From NCBI GenBank assembly GCA_051362555.1, contig CM120647.1:15352651-15416650 (forward strand): a stretch of 64,000 nt of DNA, read 5' to 3'. The notes under the pieces are model-generated. The model had not been told where the DNA came from. It did not search any database and saw nothing but the letters and a program-made list of their open reading frames with translations. How positions within the stretch are numbered: the stretch's first letter is position 1; each line of letters starts with the position of its first letter. Shown here one piece after another: positions 39,415 through 52,734 of the stretch. This DNA is from Lingula anatina. Taxonomy: Eukaryota; Animalia; Brachiopoda. A program made the position numbers and the translations under genes.

Positions 39415-42400
39415 AAATACCACGAACAAACAAACGAACAGGCCAATATACTTGCGATTTATTTTCACAAGTTATATGCCTATAATGACAAGAAGAAAGT
39501 AAGAATGATCAATAAATCTCTCTATTTGTCTACCTTTCTCTCGAATTCTAAATATATATTTTCATCGTTACGCATGGCGTTCACCAGTGCCTTTCTCTAT
39601 TACAAGAGTTACTATAAAAGGAACCTGAAAATGAAAAAAATTACATTTACATAGTCATTTTGCTGACGGCTTTCGATTTGTTGGTCGCGGATAAAGTATT
39701 AATGTGGATTTGAACTTCTTCAATGACGTATCGCGTGACACCACCTGGTCATTCCGTGGTAATTATGTCCAGTAGGAGGGTTGATTGACCGTACCACTGA
39801 ATGGTCACTCCAGGTAGAATGGACACGTCCATTCATTGGCCATCGATCGGGATAATTAGCCAAACGTCAACAATTGCCCCTATCTGTAAACATCCCTCCG
39901 AGAATGACCACGCTTACGATGGGTTAATTGTCAACTAATTACTTCAGTAAGCGCTTGGAGCTGAGGGAGATTTTATCAAGAATGGTTCTTTATATTAATG
40001 GAGTTCCTGTATGTTCTTTTATTTTCAGAAATATTTATCGTTTGTGTTGTATTGTGTTAATGGCATTTCTCAGTCAATCGGGTGTTTTTATAAACGCATA
40101 TTTATCATCACTTAATTTCTGCATTTCTATGGTTTTTGATGTCGTCAGGGATAGAAGATGAAGAAAATATTCGTATGTCCGTGGACGTTCCTTTTCTTCT
40201 AAATGGGTTTCATTAGCGCCGCGTTATCTTATCTGTATTGCTTGGCAAATGGGGAAGTTTCATAGTTTGTTTTTGTTTTTTTTTTGTTTATTTAAGTAAC
40301 CTGTGCTATAATGCAAGTAATACAGATACATTATTTTTTGCACCCAGCCCCAGTGGGCTTATAAGTCACTATTTCATTTATATTATTCTAAGATATTAAT
40401 TATTTATTCTAATATAATAATATATCATTCTAAAATATTAATGTTTCATAGACAAGGCATTTTGCTCATCATGTAGTTAACAAGAGCAGAAGAAAAGATG
40501 AAGAAGGAGAATAAGAAGAAAGATTCCGATGTCATTCACAAGTAGAATACGCATTGATTAGATTGAAGTGTTGCAACATTGCTTAAAGGGAGCCAGTGCT
40601 GAAATGTGAAATATACTCCGTTATGAGAACGAAAATTGCAAAATAAACAAATACAACACTTTTTTGGTGCTGTCTGTCTTTATCGTAATATCCCGAGCAA
40701 AAAATTATAAATTAAAAATTCTATGCATTTTAATTTGGTCTCCCCCAACCAGTTGCATATGGTAAAAGATCATTAAAATGAGAAACGAAAAGAAGTTTAA
40801 AATGCTCTGATTCGTTTTTTAAACATTATCTGGACGCTGTCCACCAAGGCGCGTGCTTGGGCTACGATACCTTAATGTCCCAAGAAGTAGGTGCACAAAT
40901 ATCATCACGGTAGACATAATACAATTCCTTAAAACACCATAACATTGACTAAAATCCCGTAATCCGCATACAAAAGAAAGAGTGGAGAAATAATACTTTT
41001 AATGCCTATTTTATTAATAATGCACATCTTAATTACCGCTCGCGACCTCTGACACGGGTCTTGATAAATGCGCACCGAGTCACCGAACCAAATCTGTTGC
41101 TCGTTGCGCCATCTTTCGTAAGCGTGTTTAATTATTAAAGGAAAACAACCGTTAATGCTGTGATCGTTTTAGGCTCCTGATTGCGGATCAGTTCACAGCG
41201 TTCAGAAATGTCGATTCACATACTTATAGTTAGGACAAATTAACGATCAATTAAAAGAAGAACAGTTTAATTACAGAAGAAAAAGACACGCCAGCGACTC
41301 AAAAAGAAGATAAAGACACATGGTTATTACAGTTTGTACGATAAGATTGATCATGAAAAGATTATCTTGGACCATGGTGCATTGAAACACCGCCCCCAAT
41401 ACCCCCACCCCCTCACCGTCCCCTCCCACCAACGCTCCACCCCTGATAATGTAACACAGCAGTTTACTACGTGCACAAGATTTAACCACCGGTGTCCCAT
41501 GATTGAAACTAGTAGGTATCCTTTTGCTGAATGTGTCAAAGTTATTTAGATTACTTTTTTTGCTGTTAAATGCATAGGAATGATAAATAAATAAAAGATT
41601 TATTATGAAAATAGCAGACCAACTTTTGCTTTATATCAACTTGCGTATTGGAATTTTACATTTATTCTTTCAAAATTTAAAAACACTTGGTATGTCGAAA
41701 CAGTCTGAATGATAATAGCTTTTTTGCTGTGTCACTAATAAACTTAATAGGAATTTACAGTCCATAGCTTCATCTGCTTAATAACTTTTACTTTTTCCTC
41801 GAAATAGATAATAATTCAGAAAGATAGAAACACACCTCCCCCCCCCCCGCCTTCTCTCAGCATGTTATAAAAAGAATTTCTGAAGAGATTCCTTCAGGTA
41901 AGGTCGGCGTAATAACTAAATCTCCCTTAATGAACTTCTTAATCCCCCGATAATCATAGAGATTAAAAAGTTAGAGGAGGTCGCCGTTTTTTTATTCCGG
42001 ATATTACAATGCAGAAGATAGAAAAGGCATTGAAAAAGAGCACGATTCGCCAATTTTTTGGAAGGACCATCAAAGACGCTGGATAGAATGCATTTTGGTT
42101 GAAAATATAAAATTAGGGATGAATGATAATACTGCGTCGTACTCATGTACGCATTCCCCCTCGAAATCGGCCCACCGGCGAAATTTAGATATTACAGATC
42201 AAAGCAAAGCTGTGTATGAGTCCGTAATAATCCCCGAATTAAATGAAAACAATGGACATCCAAAATAAGGCACAACAGATTACGTGCAGGTTGTTTTGTG
42301 AGGCCTAATGAACAAGGGAAAGGCACAATGGGTTGCGCAATGGATCATGGGAATGTTGCACAACAGGTGCGTTGCTCGGTGCGTCGTGATCGACCGGTAC

Positions 42401-42617
42401 ACTAGCATGTGTACATGTACAAGTGATATCACATATGTAAGGGTATACCAAAGAAAAAAACAAAGCATGAAGTGCTGATTTATATTTATTTCCATTATTT
42501 TTGACATTCATGAATGTGGACACTAGAATGTAAAAAAAAAAAAAAAATAAAAAAAAAATAAAAAATAAATAAAATAAAATAAATCATCCTAGTGCCCCTT
42601 TCTTTCAATTTTTGCCC

Positions 42618-42737
42618 AGGCCTCAGTTTCACAAAGAATCTTTAATACATAGTTGACTAGGATGTGTACGTGTCCATGTAACGTTGGTTACAAAGATGTT
42701 AGCCAGGAAACTGACTTAAGCTTTTTTGAAACTGGGA
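42618..42737. mobile_element. Short MITE-like element
   Basis: Inverted ends CAGTTTCACAAAG (from 42624) and CTTTTTTGAAACTG (42721-42734). Confidence 0.5.
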
Positions 42738-43813
42738 ACAGGTCACCTGCTATACCCGTCTCACCCTAATACCTTATGCCAGACCAGATATGCAGTGTGA
42801 AAACTATAATTGACCAATCATATATCATGACGATACTTTCTTCACGTGTTATAATAATATGTAACGCGGGAAATTGCATTTTATCGATTCTTCTGCAGTA
42901 ATATATATGAAAGCTATTTATTTTTGAAAATGATCAAAATTGTCACGAAAGCAGCCTTTGAACACTTAAGCACCAAATGCATAAGGAACGGCCGTCGGAG
43001 CGTGCATTGTGGTAGTTGAGATAAGTTTGTTGTTCCAACACAATGTACTAGATGGACCGCCTGGACTTCTAAGATAGTCCGTGTCCATGGTAAAGCAGCA
43101 TAAGCGTACTTGTTAAAAGGATAATTTATGGTCTTTTTATCAATAAAATCTCTTTCACCAATTCCATAATCACTGATCTTTAAAATGCAATATAATTTGG
43201 CTCTGTGTACAGAGGGACCACTAAACACCTTTTAAAGTGTAAAGAAATACAGCACTTTATTCCGCTTTATAACTGTTTATTGTGGTGAATTGCATTGTCT
43301 TATTCAAAGAAAGCAACAAACATCACTGATATCTTGTTAGTTGTAACAGTGCTGCCCTGAGTTTTTTGCGTCCTTATTCAAACACAAGACCGGCGAAAGG
43401 CCTTGACCCAGGAAAAGTTTACTCTAAAACTTGTCGTGTGACTGCAAACAGCAAATAAAGATAGGCCTCCGCCCATTTCTGATAGGAGCTTCCATCTCAC
43501 CCAAGAGAGCAAAGTATCAATTTCACGCCAAATTCTCAATGTGTATTGAAAAAGAGGCTGTATTACAGAGGCGTGTATGTTGACTGCTCAATATGATATA
43601 TGTGTGGTCAAGGGCACGCCATATCACAGAACGAGGGGTCATTGTAAGCTCATCGCAGATAATTCTGAGTCACGTGCATAGTAGTTCATGACTCGCATAT
43701 AGAGCGGCGTCCTATCATTCTGTGACATAGCAGCACAACGTTGGAACGGTTTGCGGCTACTTCACTTGCTTTGTTGGTTTCTGCGGACAGTCCCGTGCTG
43801 AATTCACTTCACC

Positions 43814-45913
43814 ATGTTGAAGATTGTGGGCGTGTTCTTGGCGGTATTGGGCGTGGTCGCCTGTCATCTGTGCCTCATCAGCCCCCCGCAGAGAGGTTCC
43901 ATGCTTGGTCTGAACAAAGCAGGTGAAAACAACAATAAATTCGATTACTACTATTAAACTATCTTAAAATTCTGTTAATTTTCACGCACGATTTATTTTT
44001 TGATGAATCATTTAGTTCTTCTGAATTGTTTGTGCATGCTCTGAATTTTTAAGACAAAATCCGCAGCTACCATCTTTTTTGAAGCTTATTGATGATGACA
44101 TTAAGATTCATGCAGACAGTAGATGTTAAGACCAAGACTGATTATAATTACTAGCAGTCATATGTTTAATATATTACGATCGTAGGCGATAAGTAAATAA
44201 TCAAAACTCCGCAGAAACAAGCTCTTGCGCATTCTGTAAAATAATGCAACTCAAAATAATTATCTCGAGAAAAACACATGGGACTATTTTTCTCCGGTAT
44301 TAGCTGCAAGTTATGAACCTTGCCTACCTTGAATAGTGGCGTAATTCAAATAAATTTCTATTTTATTTTCCAACTTATCCGAGGTACTCTTAGTTCTTGT
44401 ATCCATACACTTTGGCATCTATAGATTTAACATGATATGTGTCTATTTTGATTTATTTTCATTTTAATGATCATATTACCAGCATCTCCTGACTGCCTCA
44501 GGTTGACACCGCCGTGTGGGGGAGTTAAGCCAGTAGAGCCCAACATGATGATCAGGTTAGTAAACATCTCAAACCTTTTAGATAAAACAAAGTTTAAGAA
44601 TCCATTACGAGGATCGTCTTCACATAAGTTCTCGGTCTCAGCTTTAGACGGCTCAAATCGGATAGCCGACTGAGGAATTTCGACTTTGTGATATTGGTTG
44701 GAGCGAGATATTAAAGAGTGATTGATCCACAGTAAATTCACCTTTGTTCTGAAATAAAGAAAATCTAAATTCTAATTTATTAACCAGGCCGTAAGTCACG
44801 TTTTGCGTCCCGATGTCACGTGACTTGTCTCCAACCAACACGAAGTTTTAGAACCGGTTTCGCACAAAAAAGTAATTAAATTGATAAAAGTGTTTATTAT
44901 TTCTGAATTTTATATTTTTCCAAAAGCCATCAACCCTACCCAAGCCTCTAACTGTTGTATTTCCATTCCATGTTTACAATTGTTTTGGCTTCAAATGTTT
45001 CATCGTATCTCATCACTTTATCGGGGAGTAGATAGGAATTTATACGGTAATGGCTCGATCATTTCGACTTTACATTACCATAAGCTTAGATTGCTGTACC
45101 AGTCGTGGCAAATGTTTGTAATTGAAATTCAGATTAACATTGCAAAGCTTAACTTTATTTATTGTATGTATACTTAATTTAATAATATTTTAAAGTTTAT
45201 ACTTTGAATGCGTAAAATTATATAACCATTTTCTACCTTGTCTTTTGTTTTGACGGCGGCACCATTGTCGAAAGAAGGTTTCGGATGAATATTTATAATA
45301 ACTTCTGCATTTATATCTGCAGCATTTATATCAACACCAAAAAGATTTGTAAGACACAGCGGTTTATCTGTAACACTGGTCAATTTCAATTTGAGCAGGA
45401 AGTTGAAGCAGATTGAGGTGTAATTAAGAAAAACTATATTCATTTTGTATTCGTTGTTATGAAATTTTGTACGTTATGTTTTTAATGTGATAAACTTTCG
45501 TTTCTTTTCAGAGATGGGATGAACTACACTGTAACTTTCCAGAAAAATCTCGATCACTATTTGAAGACCTCGCCGGTAAGACTAGCCATTGCGTTTGGTG
45601 TGACAGATTGGTTGCGCGAGCATATTCTACGATTGTTTTAAATGTGACCAAGAGAATGCCGCTAAGTCATTCATGAGACGGAATCCTTTGCTGACCGGTT
45701 TTACAATACGAGTTCAGTCAAATCAGTTTGTCATTAATTTTTAGCAGTCTACGTTGCGTGTCAAAATGTTTTAGTAAAAGACCGCGTACCTTATTCAGTC
45801 TATGAGCTAGCTAACTACTTTTATAATTAATTGATCACCAACGAAATCTGCCCCAATTATAATATAACATATCTTGAAAATTTTATCAAAACACTTCCAT
45901 GTGCTTTTTGTGC

Positions 45914-45959
<46 letters not shown>

Positions 45960-47229
45960 TAAAAGCTGCTGGATATTTCTTGTCATCTTGTTTTCAATCC
46001 ACATTCGGGTTGTTTTCTTATCACCTTCGTTTCCATAGAGATACTTCGAAATCTCCATAGAAACGACGCCTGTGTCCCGAAACCACATCCGGGACTTTGC
46101 TGAATTGTCTCCTTATATTTACTGATATTGGCATACCTATATTGTATCCACAGGGCCATTTTGACATCGCCATAGGTACCATGGCCGTGTCTCCGAACGA
46201 GAATGACACCATCATTGATCTCGTTCGTATCATGGACAGAGGAGAGCCTTCCCTTCACCTCTACACCATCAATGTCACCATTCCGAGGAATGAGTAAGTA
46301 AATAAACGAATAAAATTTACCTCTTTCCCAAGACTATAAATTTGCCTACCCCAGTTTAAGTTCATTTAGATTACTTAAGTTTTTTTTAATTTTTATTCAC
46401 TTATTAAATTGGGTACTCAATATGTTTAAATGTTTCATTTTAATATTCTTAAGATAACAAGATATGAAGTTATAATAATATTTATCTTTTATTTATCTAT
46501 TTTACAGGCATGGCCATAAGTTGCGTTACATACAGGTGAGTACGTTGTCTCAAACAATTGTGAGTTGCTGTCTCTGAAAGCGAAAAAAAAAAAAAAGTAA
46601 TAACATAGATACACTTTAAATAATATTTCAAACTCAGTGTGCTTTCTAATCTTGTTCACGAGGAATGTTCTCTGTGCTCATTCCCAATGAAACTATCGGT
46701 CTACGTAGAGCGATCCAACTCCGCGGGAACTCTTGATGAATGCAATCAGATTAACAAAATAACACGCTTCCTCCTGGCATTGAAAAGAATGCAGAAAAAC
46801 AGGTTATTATACAAGTACGTGGAAAACAAGAGGAGGCGTGTTAATCTGTAAAATTGATTGGATTCAGCGAGAGTCGCCGCGTAATGAATTGATCCACGTA
46901 GACCGATAGTTTCAAATAAATCTGCTTTTCAGTTAGATATTATTCAACAATTTATATATTTTGCATTTGTCCATATTATAACTATATTCTATTACTTTTC
47001 TAGTTGTTTATCTACTAAATGAATTTTATTTTTGAGAGCAGGACGCGGTAAATATAATCTTCCTTATGCGTCTCATTTGCTGAATAGTTAATGGATTTTG
47101 CTATAGTTTACATTGCAAAAGAAGTAATAGATTTTATTACCGTTTATATTCTAGGTACGTTACACTACGATGAACCCTAAGGCTCCAGCAGTATTCTACC
47201 AGTGCGGGGATTTCTTCATCTTTCAATAA
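43814..47229 (+). CDS. Secreted histidine-brace (LPMO-like) copper-binding protein, 162 aa, 6 exons
   Basis: Exons 43814-43922, 44483-44555, 45512-45575, 46154-46293, 46508-46535 and 47155-47229; all GT-AG, with phases 1/2/0/2/0 joining into one 489-nt ORF. Protein: MLKIVGVFLAVLGVVAC|HLCLISPPQRGSMLGLNKAASPDCLRLTPPCGGVKPVEPNMMIRDGMNYTVTFQKNLDHYLKTSPGHFDIAIGTMAVSPNENDTIIDLVRIMDRGEPSLHLYTINVTIPRNEHGHKLRYIQVRYTTMNPKAPAVFYQCGDFFIFQ. Good start context (accATG) and an AATAAA at 47423-47428. Confidence 0.88.
45916..45959. repeat. (ATT)n microsatellite in intron 3 of the LPMO-like gene
   Basis: Perfect tandem att run. Confidence 0.95.
46688..46914. mobile_element. Palindromic MITE (family A) in intron 5 of the LPMO-like gene
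   Basis: Perfect 19-bp inverted ends TGAAACTATCGGTCTACGT / ACGTAGACCGATAGTTTCA, with imperfect pairing continuing inwards. A related copy lies at ~49541-49790. Confidence 0.8.
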
Positions 47230-49344
47230 TAGCAAAGACGATCAGCGTGACTCTCTCTCTGATCAGGATTTTGCCGATCGATTAAAATTCCTAATCGGAA
47301 GAGGCAGCTACGAAAAATTGTGTTTTTTTGTGCGTCATGTGTCTTATACGTAGCTGGAGACTTATTTGATGTTTGGATAAACGATATAAACGGAGATTTC
47401 CTATCTCTGTAACGACAAAGCAAATAAACGTCGGTTAAGTATTTTCGTTTGATTAGTTCCGTTTAATTATTTTCTCTTAATTATGGCTTCAGTTTGAAAC
47501 AACGGGTATAAGGTCAGTTGTCATTTTTAAACCAGAAGAAGGGTATTTCATTTTCCTCACTTACGTAAGCGACTCAATGTATGTCAACAAAATATTTTTT
47601 GTTTGTATAATTATAACATGTTTATCAATATGGACGGAATCTGTCACTTCGTAGCGAGATCTATCTGTGGCTCAAAATTGAGAAGTTTAAAAATCTCTCT
47701 TGTCAAGGGCCTCAGAAATAAAATGATAACTTCCCAACCAATACCTCATCTGTTTACAGTCGGGTTTCATCAGGCATTGCAGGCAAAGAAGTATAGGCTG
47801 GTAGGTCTATATTATCAGTCTATTACACAAGCTATTGGAAAAACAACGTCTACGATTCTACAGAAATTACACAGCTGATTATACTTAGCAACATTAAAGA
47901 CGCTCTACTTGAAATAACACTACATGTCTCTTTGCGAATAAAACTGTAATTACTGTTATTTGTGTGATGTCTTATCTTATCTTTTCTTTCATTTTGATTT
48001 TCAAACGATGGATCCTGTTTCAGGATTTTTGACTGAGCGTTGGTCTAGAGATTTAGACCGGAACTTGAGTCAACTTCGGTTCAGGCGAACTGTACGATGC
48101 TCCAATGAAATAGAATATTTTTTTCGTCTTAAAAAGAAATAATTCCTTATAAGCTGATCACAACTTTATCTTAATAACTGACGCATTATCGCATTTTATA
48201 AAACTAAAACTGGACTTTTAGCTAGGACCAAAGTAGTCTAACAGTTTTTTTTCTAAAATTTTTTTATGAATCAGACCCACCGTCTCCTAACCTCTTCGTT
48301 TATCAGGTACAGTCTACAACGCCTTCATAGATATGACATTGAAAAGAGATATGCTGTACAGAATGAATTATCCTCCTTAATCGACAATGTATATTTTGAT
48401 TAACGATAACTGACTGTAACTACGTCATACGGCGGTGAATTCTACATTTGATTTTTGTTTCATAAGGCTTTCAGCGGGAAGGGTGAGGGTCAATATATGG
48501 TACGGATGTCACCCGTATTAGTAAATTAGAACAGAATGGACCAGTGTTCTTTGTGGGCAGTCATCCCTGTCACATTCGCTTGGCAAGAAATGAACGCTCT
48601 GCAATCTGATCCTTGCACTAAGGTCACGTTCACAGCATTAAGGTTAAGCTTAAACGGCTCCGATATTTAATTACTAGGCACTGCAAGGATGGCGCACCTG
48701 TTGTGAATGCGACCTTATACTTAAAAATTTTAATAAATTTACATTTACTATGATAATGACAATGAAGGGAGATTTTGCCAGTTTAAAGATATGCTGCTCT
48801 GTCTACTATGCTCTCATTGCAGAAAGATATCCTTCTTCGCTCTTTGGTAAACGGAGGCAGCAGCAACATGCTTACAGCAGAGTTTCTTTTGTCTCATTAT
48901 TCCTAATAAAGATAAGTAAGAACACATACCAAGTGAATGATGGCAAATGATGATGATGATGATAGCAATAATTATAATTAACGACAGCGTCCGAGGCACT
49001 TTACGACAAAAAGTGTACTTATAGCCAAAATTCAACTTGGCCGTAATTGTTCAAGTATGACAATTATCGATAGGTTCCAGGCAACAAGGCGACAGTTCTT
49101 GCTGATAGAATCAGAAAGGGAAAAAGTGATTTCCCGGCTAAGGGGGCGAAATAAGTTTGCTTTGAGAATATCGCGGTCGTTGACATGTGTGGATAGTCGT
49201 TTTGTCACAAACAAATTAATAACATGGATGTGGAGATGGCATAAGGAAAAATAATTCTTAGAATCAAGGATAATCTGACTATGCCTGTCACGAGAGCACG
49301 CATTCTGTGCTTCTGTGTCTTTTATGCTCCGAGGTCGCATTTAC

Positions 49345-49538
49345 AACAGAAGTTGATCCGTGGACTAACTGATCCGCACATCAAATATGGCCGACCCCCT
49401 TGAAAGCTAACCGCCCAATCCCCGCGGGGAATCTATTCATTGTCTATTAGGGAATTTTGCAGCAAGCTTTGAAGTAGGTCGGTCATATATGATCCCCTGT
49501 TCTGTTAGTCCACGGATCAGTTTGTTCTGAATAGGCCC
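49345..49538. mobile_element. Palindromic MITE
   Basis: Perfect 16-bp inverted repeat TGATCCGTGGACTAAC (49354-49369) / GTTAGTCCACGGATCA (49504-49519), with an inner pair atatggccgacc / ggtcggtcatat. Confidence 0.7.
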
Positions 49539-49540
49539 TC

Positions 49541-49790
49541 AAACCCCATTTCCATAGACAAACAATCAGTCTACGTGGCTCGACCCAACTCTGCGGGGAC
49601 TCTAGCTGAGTGCAATCAACTTAACTGAATAACACGCCCCCTCTTGTTCCCATTGTACTCGTATAATCACCAGCTTTTCTGTATCCTACTGAACGCCAAG
49701 AGGAGGCATGCCAATCAGTTAAACTTATTGCACTCAGCTAGAATCCTCCCAGAGTTGGGTCGATACCATTGGTGTCTAAGGGAATGGGTT
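49541..49790. mobile_element. Palindromic MITE (family A, second copy, opposite orientation)
   Basis: The arm aacaatcagtctacgtggctcgacccaactctgcggggactct..tgcaatca..aataacacgc aligns with the 46688 element, and the central segment is its reverse complement. Confidence 0.75.
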
Positions 49791-50544
49791 AGTGGAAAAG
49801 GAGTATATAATATCAGTTGGTTGAGTTGGAGAACCTGTCTACTCCGGACTTGGGCTATCCCAGCAGGTGCTGGACAATATATTTTTCTTTTACTTCCACA
49901 CGCATACTCATGAAGATACCAATTTATCTCTTTTACATTAAACGCTCTCCCTCCATCAAACTTCAGTTAATTTCCTCTGCTTAAAATTTCTTCCTTTCTT
50001 CAAAACTCCGTTAATTTCCTCTCATAGAATTTTCCTCCTTTATAGCTCATTTCTGAACTTGAAGTGTTTCAGAAAAAAAAAAACGATATCTTTGTTCTTT
50101 AGCCTTCTGCGCTGCTCCTACTTAATCAAAGACGCATCTCCCGTGTACCACCATTAATCCTTATGATTGTTTGGCTTTATTCCAAGAAATAATCGTCTTT
50201 TTGAGTTAGGCTTATAATAAAGCTTTCAAAGCACGTCAATCTCACTTTGGGAAAGTATAAAATGTAAAAAGTACCTGGAAAAAGCCGTTGCCCGTTTGTC
50301 TGTCCGTGATTGTGTGTGTGTGTGTTTGTGTGCATGTATGTGTGCGTGCGTGCTTGTGTGTTTGTGTATGTATGTATGAATGTATGTGTTTGTGTGTGTA
50401 AGAATGAGAGAGAGCTGAGTAGGAGGGGCTTATAAACACTGAGAAAAGAAAATAGTGGCAGGAAGAGGGCGGGGAGGGGGTGGGGGAGGGGGTGGGGGTG
50501 GGGGCACTTAGACTACTGCTCCTGCGAGCAAGATAGACTTAGGC

Positions 50545-50718
50545 TGTATTCCCAGAGCTTTTAGATCGATCTATCCCCGCGGGGAGTCTCACTAGATTAC
50601 TGTCAGATAATCCGGCTTAAATGTCCGTCCCGCCTACTACAAGCTGTAAGGGGGTAATTAACTTTCGTGTCCGCTCGGCTGACAGCTATTTAGCGTGAAC
50701 CCCTCTGGAAATGGGGTC
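50545..50718. mobile_element. MITE family B, partial copy
   Basis: gatcgatctat..tctcactagattactgtcag..cggcttaaatgt..aagctgt aligns with the palindromic element at 62590-62830. Confidence 0.55.
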
Positions 50719-52531
50719 ATAGCTGAAAGAAGTGAGAGGATTAGCCTATGAACCCCCCCCCCCCCCCCCCCCCCCACGACATCTAGCCATGTGATTATTG
50801 CAGGCCAGATCATATAATTGTCAGAGCTTCAAAATGAAGGCAGGTCTATTACTATATACAGGACATAGCATAATATAAAGGTATTGGTTTTATTTGCAAT
50901 AATATCGTTGGTTTTATTTGTGGAACTCCTCGCCCTACATCTTCAATCAAATTCCACCAAATTCCAAACTACGGACCCACTGATACATGAACTATGTCGA
51001 TTTTTTGCCACTCACAGTATTAATCTCCATACAAGTTTGGTTTTCATTTGAACTTCTTTCAGTTGAATCTAATAAAATAGAGATCATCAAGCAATAATAT
51101 CTATATTATCTAAATAAGATTGTATTTCTGATTATATGGTAAAAATTGATTACTTTTTTGCGTTTAGACACTGATTCCATTGATTCTGCTAACTACTGTA
51201 TTGAAAAAAAGTAGGGATTAGAGATACATTTTGGTTAGAATCCTATGACAGTTTCATCTTAACCTCATTTAGGTTCAAATGGGTTCTTTGAAAGTGTGCA
51301 TTTAATTTTTCCCGAATATTTTTCAATATAGTTGCTAACGTGTTGCCTTCAGACTTCAGTTTCATGGCCTTCTCTTTGAACATGACCCCTTGCCGCGGGC
51401 ACTTTATTCAACGCAACTTCTCGAGCTGAGCCATCGTTCTGTCACTTATCAGTAGATTTATTCCCCCAAAGACAACCTCAAGGCAATTACCGCACCAATC
51501 AATCGTGAGCCAACATGTCTGACGGAGAAAAATACTCTCATTCTTCCCAGTTAATCACCTCGTTTATTGAAACTCCGCACCACGCATTGAATCACCGCGT
51601 GCGTCGGATGTCAAGGTTTTCACAAAAGCAAGTTTGAACTTGCAATTTACTCAAGTGCCGTTTTCAAAAAAGTACCTAGAAAGAAACCAAAGGAAATAGG
51701 TATGAGCTACACGCAACTAGGTCTATTTTGTAATGAGTTTTCGTATTGTCATGTTCGCGTGTCAGAGAAGAATTCCAGGTGTTATGCAATCACCAACGCC
51801 TGGAAATTTTCCAGGACCTGTTTCTGAAGCAAATGCAAGCGAACTATGGTTCCCGAGTTAATAACGTAAGTGCATATAGGAGTGCGTGCAAAATTGTCGT
51901 TCAGAAACAGCAGGTATTAAACAGCATGCAATTGCAATACTTGGGAAGGAACGGTAACAAATGCCCGTAAAATCCTTAATAGTCATGGAACACCAAAGAC
52001 CGGTCACTGTCTTATAACAAAGAATTATATACATCAGAAATGTATAACCAGGGCAAATGTCACTGGAAATAAGTTTATGTTGGAATCAAAAATGGAAAAG
52101 GCCTCAGTAAAAGGAGCATTTTCATTTTTTTTCACCCATTACTTGTTTTTCTTACCCCAACTTTTTCTCATTTCAGGCCCTCCAATTAACAAGGCCATTT
52201 TATTTGAAAAAACAACGACAATAACACATTTATTATGTCGCCTATGATGAGAATATTGAAAGGAACAGCAAAATGGCCTCAATTAAAGGTGCATATTTAG
52301 ATAACTTAAACTTTGTTTTTATCATTCTTATCATTTTGAACAACAATGCCCGTAAACAAGGAAGCAGGTATTAGATACTGCAAGGGTAAAGGCTTATTAA
52401 CATTTTCTTTTCGATGGGTCTGGATGGAGCATATCTAAACGGTTACTAGTTTAAAAAAACTGATTCACCGAAGCAACTTTCTTCAAATATGACACAAAAT
52501 CATCCAAGGCAAGGTAATGCACAGGGAGACA

Positions 52532-52697
52532 ACACACACGCACACAAACATACACGCACACACGACGCACACACACAGACAGACAGACAGACACACACAC
52601 ACATGCACGCACACGCGACACACACACACAAAGATGCATGCACGGACGCCCTACACACACTCGCAAACGCGCGCGCGCGCACACACACACACACACA

Positions 52698-52732
<35 letters not shown>
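52532..52732. repeat. Compound (CA)n/(CAGA)n microsatellite
   Basis: Interrupted CA/CG/CAGA repeats; these generate several spurious ORFs in the track. Confidence 0.9.
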
Positions 52733-52734
<2 letters not shown>

